Below are positions 52,001-61,947 of a DNA stretch of 64,000 bases, in pieces. The stretch spans positions 15,748,001 to 15,812,000 of the forward strand of contig JBHGNT010000011.1 in the NCBI GenBank assembly GCA_043228905.1, written 5' to 3'. The notes under the pieces were generated by a model that did not search any database, was not told the origin of the DNA, and saw only the letters and a list, made by a program, of their open reading frames with translations. Source of the DNA: Azolla caroliniana (taxonomy: Eukaryota; Plantae; Polypodiophyta). The position numbers and the translations under genes were made by a program. Numbering within the stretch: position 1 is the first letter of the stretch; the number at the start of each line of letters is the position of its first letter.

Positions 52001-52066
52001 TCTCTCTCTCTCTCTCTCTCCTCTCTGTGTAGTCTCTCTATCTCTCTCTCTCTCCCCTCTATGTAG

Positions 52067-52122
<56 letters not shown>

Positions 52123-53863
52123 CTCTGTGTAGTCTCTCTCTCCTTATATGTTGTCTCCCTCCCTCTCTCTCTCTCTCCTTATATGTTGTCTCCCTCCCTC
52201 TCTCTCTCTCTCCTTATATGTTGTCTCCCTCCCTCTGTCTCTCTCTCCTCATCTATGTAGTTCTCCCTCCCTCACTCTCTCTCTCTCTCTTTCCCCTTGT
52301 ATGTTGTCTCTCTCCCCCTCTCTAAAGTTTAAAAACGGCTTAAACGGTTTATCCGGCTTGAGCCGGTTTGGCGAGGCTCAAGCCAAGCCGAGCCGAGCTC
52401 AAACCATTAAGGCAAGTTCAAGCCTAAACCGAGCCGAGCCGAGCCGCTAAGCCGCTAAGCCGTTTTCAAGCCGGCTAAGCCAGACGGTTTAGGCTTGAGC
52501 CGAGCCGTTGCCGATCCCTAATGGAACCCATGATATTATATTACTTGCCATTGTTGCCATTGATAAAGAAGGCTTTGCATTCTATTTTGCAACCTCTTTG
52601 ATATTAGTTGTGGAAGAAGAGGGATAAGATGGGAATCACTTGGGTTGCATGGAATCATCTAGCAACCCCTAAGAGCTTGGGGGGAACTGGAATATTGAAC
52701 TTATCTAAGTATATGATGGCTCATAGATTTTCATTATTACAAGACATGTGTTCAAACTCACAACCATGGATATCTATTGTTCAATATTTCTTAGAGAACA
52801 AGGGTTTAACACATGGGAGGACAACGATTAAGGCTTCATGGTGGCAATTACTGAATAGATGTATTTCACTTAGGGTTTCGGGCTCTACATGTGTTCAACA
52901 CTTGGTTATATCATGGCAAGAAGCACTCTTGTTATGTGTATGGAAACCATCATCTAGTAGAGAGCATTGTAATTCTTTGCAAAAAGAGTTACTTGTGTCT
53001 TCTCGGTTATTATGTTGGCCAGGAAAGGAGAGATTGCGATCACAATTTAATCATTTGTTTCGTTTGGGGGTCAAAGAGGTGGGAGATATAGTTGAGGCTC
53101 CATCTCAAAGAATTTTGGAGTTTGCTGAAGCACGACAATTATTACGCATTCCGCCTAATTATGGGTTTATTTGGCAACAACTACAAAATATTCCATTGAT
53201 GCAAGGTCCCTTACCTCTACAAACAGGAGAACAACCGTGGATTGATTGGTGTTTAAAGGGTCAAACATAGTTGTTACAAGTGACTGCTAATCTTTTGTAT
53301 CGTTGCTTTGTTGAGTCTCTTGGATGGTTATCATTTAAGGCTGAAGAAGAATGGAGAATACACAAATCCGATCATGGGTGGTGGCAGATCTTACAACGTA
53401 GTTGGCATTCTAAATTGCCACTTGCAGCAAAGGTCTTCATTTGGAGAGTTTTGATTGGAGGATTGCCATTGGGATTAGCTCTAAAGCATCGTGGACTAGC
53501 AACGAGTAATTGCTTTTTTTGCACTGTTCAAATGGAAGATAGTACTCATCGATTTATACACAGTACGATTGCTTGTCAGATTTGGAGTTACATTTCTCAA
53601 ATTTGGCAAGTCTTATCACGGTGTTATTTGACACCTAGACAGTGGGTGTTTGCACAATTTACACAGGTTGACCCAAAATCAGAGATGGAGATCGTTTTTC
53701 TATTTTTGAGATATTGGGGATTGTGTCATAATTGGAATATGCGCAACGCTTTTGTATTCGATGGTAGACATGGAGTGAAAGCATATCTACGAAAGTTGAA
53801 GGGAGTACTAATGTGGCAATTTTCTTTATTGGAGCAAGTGGAAATTCTTTCCTTGGTGGAGTG
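49061..53863 (+). pseudogene. LINE ORF2 (APE endonuclease, RT, zf-RVT), interrupted
   Basis: WNVRG, IYVPN, GDFN, KSPGSDG, LDLEKAYDHVNW, LADD, CFFC...HRF; last codons at 59333-59378 after the Copia. Confidence 0.9.
51504..52520. mobile_element. Non-autonomous hAT DNA transposon (MITE-like)
   Basis: TIR TAGGGATCGGCAACGG; perfect 8-bp TSD ATGGAACC; subterminal AAACCG/GAGCC repeats; (CT)n-rich core. Confidence 0.93.
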
Positions 53864-56800
53864 TGTCGAATACATGTGTATAATGGACGTATTCAACATT
53901 CTCCCGTTTTGGCCATTTATGTAATTATCATAAAGGGTAGTTGCCCTAAGTCGGTCACTATATATAGTGACCTTGTAACCTCTTTGTGAGGTTGGTTGTT
54001 GTATCATTTGTTTATGCAATAGAGTGTTTTGTGTGCCTCTTTGTCTCTCTCTCTCTCTCTCTCTGTGCAACGACCTACGAACAGTCATACGCAGGTACTG
54101 AACAGAAATCGAATGCTTCTAGATCTTCCGCATTGACGACATTACTTCCAACATCTGGTATCAGAGCGAAGGTTCAGCCGTCATCACCGCCTGCACAGCA
54201 TTCGGTTCTTCACTTCATCTCGGCCTGCACAGTATCCGTGTCATTCGAAGAAATAGAGAAGAAGAACAGAAACGAGGTTTGCACCTCATTGCGTTAGATC
54301 CTCTTGCTTGGAGTAAGCCCACAGGTTGTACTCCGTTCCGTGTGATCGTAACCGCTCGAGGTGAAATCCCCTTGTGCAACGTTGACACGATCGTGCTCCA
54401 TTCGGTTAAACGGCATTCGAGGAGGTCATCAAACGCCGCTCGTTGTAACCACTCGGTGCAGATCGGTCTCAAGACAACAACCCTAAATTCGTGCTTCATC
54501 CGGCTGATCGACATTCGAGAGGATCAGTTGGATCTGTCTCTCTCGTCGCTGCAGTCAACCGAAGCAGAATCGGTCCAGATAATCGGTTTCAATAATCGGT
54601 ATTCGGCACATATATCCGAAGCGAACCGGGCTCACTCCGACTCGGCAACATTCGGGAAGACCAGTCGGCTCTGTCCCTCAAGTTACCGGAGTCAATTCGA
54701 GCAAGTTCCGAAGCCGAACCGACTCGGGTTCAAATCCGACTAGAACGATATCGGGTGAGCCAACCGGCTGCACTCCAACAAGGTTCGCAGTCAACTCTGA
54801 ACCGAGCTTCGTCAACCGAAACCGAATTTGATGGCATCAACATCAGGCTCGTCAGAAATGAGTCTACGAAAGTTCGATGGATCGAACTTCAACTTCTGGA
54901 AGGAACAAATGCAGGACTATCTCATAGTCAAGGGGCAAATCGACCCCATCGAACATGAAGAACCTCCAGAAGGATACAAACCAATTGAGTGGCAGAAGCT
55001 GGACAGAATCGTCCGCGCCACGATTCGGATGCACCTATCGGAATCGGTATACTTCACGGTGCAATCGTGTACGACAGCATTCGAACTGTGGAAAACACTG
55101 TCGGACACTTACGAAAAGAAGGTCGCCGCAACGAAGATGTTTCTGATCCGGCGCCTCTACAACTTGCGGATGAAAGAATCCGACTCGGTCCAAGCACACC
55201 TCAATGAGTACGAAAGCATAAGCTCCCAAATCTCGTCACAGGGGACGGCAATCGAGGATGAACTCAGAGCAATGATACTCATGAGCAGCCTTCCCCCATC
55301 ATGGGAAACTTTCGTCACAACCGTGTGCAACGCGTCAACCACGGCTGTTAAATACTCCGAAGTCACGAGCGCAATCCTGACCGAAGCAGCTCGGAGAAAG
55401 TCTTTCGCCAAAGACTCAACAGACGACGCTTACGTAGTACAAGGTTCGACAGACCGATCGAACATACGAGGAAGAGATTCCTCACGACCGCCGAACAATC
55501 AGCGAAGACGGAGCCAGTCACGGGATAACCGAATCTGCAACTACTGCAAGAAACCCGGACACATCAAAGCCGACTGCCGCGCACTCAAGAACAAGAACAA
55601 CAAGAAGAGTGGCCGGCATGAGGAGATCAACTACGTCAGCTTCTCAGCTGATGTGCTACCAGAAGACCCGAACATACTATCAATCGAAAATCCAGTTGGC
55701 TCAGAAGTTCTGCTCACGACTGAAGAATCGAGCACATGGCTCTTGGATTCGGGCGCGTCATTTCACGTGACTCCTCATCGATCCCAATTTCGGCAATATA
55801 CGATCCGTCACTCCGACTCAGTTCGGGTCGGCAACTCACAACACTGTGACATCATCGGAATCGGCACAGTAGAGCTCAACCTTGCAGGTGGCTCTACACT
55901 TGTACTCCACAATGTCCGACATGTACCCGAGCTCTCAAGGCCATTGATCTCAGTCGGACAACTAGATGAAGACGGCATTCGTGCCGGTTTCTCTTCGGGA
56001 GGGTGGACACTCCACAGGGGGAACCTCCTGCTTGCTAGAGGACCCAAGATACACTCACTGTATCCGTTACATGTTACGCTCAGAGAGGGTAACCTGTTTT
56101 TGGTGGATATTCCTGTGTCATCACTATGGCACCGACGATTGGGACACCTCAGCAAGGCCGGCATCACGCATCTATCTAGAGCCGGATACATCCCCAAACT
56201 CTCCTTCTCCGACCATCAATTCTGCGAGCATTGCCAGTATGGCAAACAAGCCGCCGCATCACACCCGACATCAGCACCAAGAGAAACGAGACCTCTCGAC
56301 TTGGTCCACTCGGACGTCTGCGGCCCAATGCCGCATCAGTCTCTAGGCGGTGCATCTTACTTCGTCACTTTCATTGACGACTCGACTCGAAAGGTGTGGG
56401 CGTATCCAATTCGCACCAAAGATCGTGTCTTCTCGATCTTTTCAGATTGGCTCGCTATGGTGGAAAATCAAACCGACCGAAAGCTGAAATGCTTTCGGAC
56501 AGACAATGGGGGAGAGTTCAAATCCGAAGAATTCGTCAAATTCTGCCGACAACGCGGCATTCGACGTGAATTTACGGCACCACACAGTCCGGAGCAAAAC
56601 GGGATTGCCGAACGCATGAATCGGACAATCCAAGAACGGATAGTTTCCATGCTCCAACACTCCGGACTATCGGATGGCTTCTGGGCAGAGGCTCTACTCA
56701 CGGCAGCACACATAATCAATATGTCGCCAAGTAGACCTCTAGGACTTCAAATTCCTCAAGAACTATGGATCGGCAGTAAGCCGAATTACGACAAGCTGAG

Positions 56801-59327
56801 GATCTTCGGATGCGAGGCGTACGCCCTTATTCCGAAAGATGATCGCCGAAAACTTGCACCTCGGTCCAGGAAATGCATTTTCCTTGGATATGGATCCGAC
56901 GGCGAAATGGGATACCGACTCTGGGACCCCGAACGCAGACAAATCGTTCGAAGTTCGGACGTTGTGTTCAACGAGTCGGCTATGAATCCATCAATCGAAA
57001 AACCAATCGAAGTCCGAAGGGTAACATTTTCCGATGTGCCGACCCTTCAAGAAGGCCCTGCTCTCAACACACGGTCAGCTTCACGGGTAGCTGAACCTTA
57101 CACTACCGACTCGGACAACCCCGACTCGGCACAGCAGAACAATCCGCTTTCGGACCATCCGACCACGATACCCGATGCGACCAGTCCAATCATGCCTCGA
57201 CGATCCGAGAGACTGTCGCAACCTCCGGAGAGGTATTCTCCTGGAATTTTCTTCACCGACGCCGGCGAACCGACGTCTTACGAAGAGGCATCGACATCTG
57301 TCGATTCAGCCACCTGGCATCTGGCGATGGAGTCGGAAATGCACTCCATTCGGGCAAACAAGACTTGGGATCTGGTCGAATTACCTAGGAACCGACGTGC
57401 TCTTCCTTGCAAGTGGGTTTATCGACTAAAAGAGACGTCAGATTCGACCACCCCAAAGTACAAGGCCAGATTAGTTGCGAAGGGCTTCCGACAAGAATAT
57501 GGCGTCGACTTCGACGAGATTTTTTCACCAGTGGTGAAAATGACAACCCTTCGTTTCCTACTCGGCGTAGTGGCAGCCGACAACTTGGAGCTGATTCAGC
57601 TAGATGTCAAAACAGCCTTCCTCCATGGTGATCTCGAGGAGGAAATTTATATGGAGCAGCCAAAAGGCTTCGTGGCAACCGGCCAAGAACATCTAGTCTG
57701 CCGACTCAGGAAGAGTCTATACGGCCTCAAACAGGCACCGCGACAATGGTACAAGAAGTTCGACGACTTCATCCAATCGATCGGCTTCTCAAAAAGCGAT
57801 GAGGACCATTGTCTCTTCACCAACACAGCTCAAGATGGATCACCCATCTTCCTCATCATTTACGTGGACGACATGCTAATTTCTGGACGCCACGCGGGCG
57901 AACTTGCCGATCTCATTCGGCAACTGCGGTTGAAGTTTGCCATGAAGGACCTCGGTCCGGCACGACACATACTCGGCATGAAGATTAGTCGGCATCACGA
58001 TAAACGACATCTTTTTTTGTCTCAGACCGACTATACCCGACGTGTCTTAGAACGCTTCAACATGCAATCAGCCAAATCTGCTTCAACCCCGCTCCCCATG
58101 AATCTTCGGCTCTCTCAGCGAGACTGCCCGACATCCGGTCCGGAGGGGGAAGATATGAAGTCGGTACCGTATGCACCGGCAGTCGGCTCCCTTATGTACC
58201 TGATGGTCGCGACACGGCCTGATATTTCTCATGCAGTAGGAGTCGTTAGCAGATTTATGCACAATCCTGGCCGATCGCATTGGAACGCAGTCAAGCATGT
58301 GTTCAGATATCTTACTGGCACAAAAGACCATGGCATTCTTTTCGGTCCGAACCGAACCTCTGGCGTAGTCGGTTACACCGACTCGGACTTCGCCGGCTGT
58401 ATAGACAGTCGGAAATCAACAACCGGATACTGCTTCAAATTCGGCAATGGAGCAATCTCGTGGAAGTCGAAACTTCAGGAGTGCACAGCGACCTCAACGA
58501 CCGAAGCAGAATATGTAGCTGCGTCCGACGCAGCAAAAGAAGCTTTGTGGCTCGGTCGGCTGGCGCACACGTTTCGACAAGTCGAACATGACTCGGCTCC
58601 AGTTATCTACAGCGACAGTCAAGGTGCTGTTGCCTTGTCAAAAAATCCGGTTCACCACAACGCCTCCAAACATATCGACGTTCGATATCACTTCGTTCGG
58701 GACTGCGTCATCTCAGGGAAAATCGGTCTAGAGAAAATATCCACAACCGACAATGTCGCAGATGGAATGACCAAGTGTCTCTCGGCAGACCGTTTTCGGT
58801 CTCTTCGGCATCAGATGGGCGTAACGACAAACCAGTCCGGTTAGAGCCGGGCACAGAGCAGGATGGTTCCCGACAACCGACATCAGTTCCTTAATGATCG
58901 GCTTCAACTGTTCCGACCCGACCAGTTCGGTCTTCTGCCTTCGGACCCTGCCGACTCGAACAAAGCTGATATGTCCGAGAACCTAAGTCTATACCTGTAA
59001 TCTTAGATAACCCATGTATACGCCCATTACGGGGGAGTGTCGAATACATGTGTATAATGGACGTATTCAACATTCTCCCGTTTTGGCCATTTATGTAATT
59101 ATCATAAAGGGTAGTTGCCCTAAGTCGGTCACTATATATAGTGACCTTGTAACCTCTTTGTGAGGTTGGTTGTTGTATCATTTGTTTATGCAATAGAGTG
59201 TTTTGTGTGCCTCTTTGTCTCTCTCTCTCTCTCTCTCTGTGCAACGACCTACGAACAGTCATACGCAGGTACTGAACAGAAATCGAATGCTTCTAGATCT
59301 TCCGCATTGACGACATTACTTCCAACA
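53864..59327 (+). mobile_element. Intact Ty1/Copia retrotransposon (Tnt1/Tork-like)
   Basis: 290-bp LTRs 53864-54153 and 59038-59327, identical by eye; TSD GAGTG; Met-i PBS tggtatcagagc 54156-54167; PPT gggggag. Confidence 0.97.
54831..58844 (+). CDS. Copia gag-pol polyprotein
   Basis: Uninterrupted ORF with knuckle CNYCKKPGHIKADC, protease LDSGAS, integrase HSDVCGP/TDNGGEF/AERMN, RT YVDD and RNase H. Confidence 0.96.
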   Translation: MASTSGSSEMSLRKFDGSNFNFWKEQMQDYLIVKGQIDPIEHEEPPEGYKPIEWQKLDRIVRATIRMHLSESVYFTVQSCTTAFELWKTLSDTYEKKVAATKMFLIRRLYNLRMKESDSVQAHLNEYESISSQISSQGTAIEDELRAMILMSSLPPSWETFVTTVCNASTTAVKYSEVTSAILTEAARRKSFAKDSTDDAYVVQGSTDRSNIRGRDSSRPPNNQRRRSQSRDNRICNYCKKPGHIKADCRALKNKNNKKSGRHEEINYVSFSADVLPEDPNILSIENPVGSEVLLTTEESSTWLLDSGASFHVTPHRSQFRQYTIRHSDSVRVGNSQHCDIIGIGTVELNLAGGSTLVLHNVRHVPELSRPLISVGQLDEDGIRAGFSSGGWTLHRGNLLLARGPKIHSLYPLHVTLREGNLFLVDIPVSSLWHRRLGHLSKAGITHLSRAGYIPKLSFSDHQFCEHCQYGKQAAASHPTSAPRETRPLDLVHSDVCGPMPHQSLGGASYFVTFIDDSTRKVWAYPIRTKDRVFSIFSDWLAMVENQTDRKLKCFRTDNGGEFKSEEFVKFCRQRGIRREFTAPHSPEQNGIAERMNRTIQERIVSMLQHSGLSDGFWAEALLTAAHIINMSPSRPLGLQIPQELWIGSKPNYDKLRIFGCEAYALIPKDDRRKLAPRSRKCIFLGYGSDGEMGYRLWDPERRQIVRSSDVVFNESAMNPSIEKPIEVRRVTFSDVPTLQEGPALNTRSASRVAEPYTTDSDNPDSAQQNNPLSDHPTTIPDATSPIMPRRSERLSQPPERYSPGIFFTDAGEPTSYEEASTSVDSATWHLAMESEMHSIRANKTWDLVELPRNRRALPCKWVYRLKETSDSTTPKYKARLVAKGFRQEYGVDFDEIFSPVVKMTTLRFLLGVVAADNLELIQLDVKTAFLHGDLEEEIYMEQPKGFVATGQEHLVCRLRKSLYGLKQAPRQWYKKFDDFIQSIGFSKSDEDHCLFTNTAQDGSPIFLIIYVDDMLISGRHAGELADLIRQLRLKFAMKDLGPARHILGMKISRHHDKRHLFLSQTDYTRRVLERFNMQSAKSASTPLPMNLRLSQRDCPTSGPEGEDMKSVPYAPAVGSLMYLMVATRPDISHAVGVVSRFMHNPGRSHWNAVKHVFRYLTGTKDHGILFGPNRTSGVVGYTDSDFAGCIDSRKSTTGYCFKFGNGAISWKSKLQECTATSTTEAEYVAASDAAKEALWLGRLAHTFRQVEHDSAPVIYSDSQGAVALSKNPVHHNASKHIDVRYHFVRDCVISGKIGLEKISTTDNVADGMTKCLSADRFRSLRHQMGVTTNQSG

Positions 59328-59456
59328 GAGTGTTCATCTTGCCTATTGACAATTCAACATGTTCCACTACCCATGTAGTGTAGTTAGTGGGTGACCATAT
59401 TCCATTGTCACACCCATTGTAAGTAGTGTTTTTTACACACATTTATATTAGCTCGG

Positions 59457-59522
<66 letters not shown>
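59457..59522. repeat. Compound (GT)n(GA)n microsatellite at the LINE 3' end
   Basis: Seen directly. Confidence 0.95.
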
Positions 59523-59960
59523 TCTCAGTTGGTAAGGTTGCCCAATGGTTACCAAGTGGTCATGGGTTCAACCCCTACATTCCATAGTGGCATCTAGTGA
59601 ATTAAGAGATATATAAGAAGTATATAATAGAGAGGTGAGGAATTTGGGTTTCGAACCTAGAACGCAATGCTTGTAGTGCTAACAACTTACCACTAGGGTA
59701 AGGTAATTACGAACAAATATAGCTAGGATGCTTAAGACTAGCGTTGAACCGATTTGGTTCTCAATAACGCCATATGCCTCTTTTTATAGTGGCTTAGGAA
59801 TACTCTTGACATTTCTAGAATGTTCCAGAGAAATCTAGAATATACATGGATTTTATAAGTGAAATAATAAATGGAAATAATATTTTATGTATTACAAAGA
59901 ATAGCTTAATGATAAGGCTTTTGCCCATGTGCCACAAGGTCATGGGTTCAAATCCTTTTG
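59522..59960. other. Cluster of three tRNA-derived or SINE-like fragments
   Basis: 59522-59595 (+), 59646-59697 (-) and 59901-59955 (+), each with A-box-like and GGTTC(A/G)A B-box-like motifs. Confidence 0.55.
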
Positions 59961-59989
59961 AAGTCATACCATGCTATATCATGACACGT

Positions 59990-61389
59990 TGTCACCTACT
60001 TGTGTCCATTTTGAAGTAGAAGCCTGATATTGAAATTGTAAAATGTTGTCCTCAATATTTCTTAATTCCCATTTCGCATTATGTAAAGCATTTGTCATCC
60101 ATTCACATAATGGATCCCTTTCTTGAAAATGTTTCAACGATGTCAAGGCAGGATGCATACTGATAATTTTCTATGTATATCTTTCCTTTTTCCCCTGTGC
60201 CCAAATAATGAAGAAACTACTAATATGTGATATTGCCAAGGCCACATTATCTCCACATTTCCAATTTGCAATAAAGTTTGTCTCCATATATACATAACTT
60301 GTTTAGTGATTATGGATTCTGTAAACAATTCTAGTGGAATCCTTAATCTCCCTTGTTGCTTACGTTTTCTCCCATCATTAAGTTGTAATACAATTGGGGC
60401 ATGATCAAAGAAAGTTGTACCTGGATAAATGCCAACACTCCCTCCTATCTCCGCAAATAAATCATCAACATAAATCCTATCAATTCTTGACATATTTGCC
60501 CCATTTAATCTTCTATCAGACCTAGAAAACATTAAAGAATTATGCAATTTTCCAAAGGATGGTAAATGCCAAACATCCAACAACCTTCTACTTATAGTAA
60601 ATTTTTCCCATGCAGATAATTCTAAACCATGCAATGTTGCTCCACCGTCACCACTCCTATCCTCAAGATCCTCAATCATATTAAAGTCTCCAGCTATACA
60701 CGAATGATCTACAACTGGCAATGAACTATCCAATTCAATCCACATCTTTAATCGTTCTCTAGAATAATTAGGAGCATACAAATTCAGAAAGCCAACCTTT
60801 TTATTATGAAATTTCATGATAACATATTGTGCTCTTCCTAACAACAAATTTCCTACATCCAACATCTTCACTTGCCATATATCACGAATAGCCATACATA
60901 ATCCACCTTGAAGTTGTGTTGATCCATATGCTGGAACCATAGATTGACATATTCGCATTTGTCGGGTTCTCCAATCATTAGCATCCTTCATGAAAGGATT
61001 ATGATCCTTCGGCAAATGCTTGGACATGGATCTTGTCCACCTCCCTTGAGACGAAGGCAAGGGTCCTATGTCAACTACCCGATTTTTAGTTTGTAGTTCC
61101 CCTACAATCGCTTGTCCATTCATTGTTTCCGATACATTAATCAGAATGATAGCATTCTCAACATATAAAACCATTTCACGACTACATCCTTCCTGATGTT
61201 CTTTAGTATATACTTGAACGTCAAGTTTATGATCATTTAGTCTTGATTATATTCCATCCACAATTTCCTTGCCAAGACGCCTATTTCTAGGTACTTCCAT
61301 ATTTCCCAAATCTTCAATCATTTGAGTTTGTCCATCTTCTACGTTGGTTAACAAATTGTATATATTATCCTTAGGTTTCCATTTGAATA
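59990..61389 (-). pseudogene. L1 LINE fragment (endonuclease region and upstream sequence)
   Basis: NLYAPN, IAGDFNMIE, SRIDRIY and DHAPI in ORF 60143-61174. Confidence 0.85.
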
Positions 61390-61947
61390 TGTAAAGAATC
61401 AAGAGATGGATTCTTGTGAAACGGAAGAGATGTGAGTTATGTGTGTGTGTAAGAGAGAGAGAGAGAATGAGTGAGTGAAACACAGAGAATACGCAAGGTA
61501 AAAGTATATTAACAAAGGAGAAACACTCAACGTTATACAAGGTGGGAGGAAGGTGCTTTATGTAGTCACCCTCTCTCTTCATTAACTACAAGCCTCATGG
61601 AGCATGGGGAATGTGAAAGCTCATAAGTTATGTGTCATAGAATATGATTCTATGACTCATACTAAATGCTAGAATACAAAGTGGTGACATAATGGTGACT
61701 CTTGACCGTTGGAGTGTCTCTTCACTCTCAAGGTGAGTTCACACACTAGACCAAGTTTAGCTTGATTCTCAACACGCCCCCTCAAGCTCAAGTCGGGTCG
61801 GTTTCATACGGTATCCGAAATCCGCTTCAACTCGCTTTTCGGAGTCCGCGTCGGCTCGCTTTATGCGGAGTTGCGGAATCCGTGCTCCAGCTTGCGTTGT
61901 GCGAAGTCTGTGCTTCGGCTTGCGTCTTTCTTCGCAGCTTTGCGCGG
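61390..61947 (-). mobile_element. 3' LTR (61390-61774), PPT and 3' internal end of a Copia-like element
   Basis: Minus strand reads gcttgagggggcg|TGTTGAGAATC; LTR related to 302-752; interrupted at 61948. Confidence 0.8.

Larger units (their letters stand above)
35905..59460 (+). mobile_element. Near full-length L1 LINE (~5.8 kb net) carrying nested insertions
   Basis: ORF1 from ~36180 (DUF4283-like, knuckle CIGCGEWGHFMAEC) resumes after 48955; ORF2 from 49061 (MKVVTWNVRG, GDFN, SRLDR, RT, zf-RVT) ends at 59378; 5' (GA)n and 3' (GT)n(GA)n. Confidence 0.88.

Noticed and set aside
51772-52450. Leu/Ser-rich ORFs (and the Glu/Arg-rich ORF at 35804-35986)
   Set aside because: Translations of (CT)n or (GA)n microsatellites.
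59522-59960. Functional tRNA genes
   Set aside because: No intact cloverleaf or acceptor stem could be built by eye.
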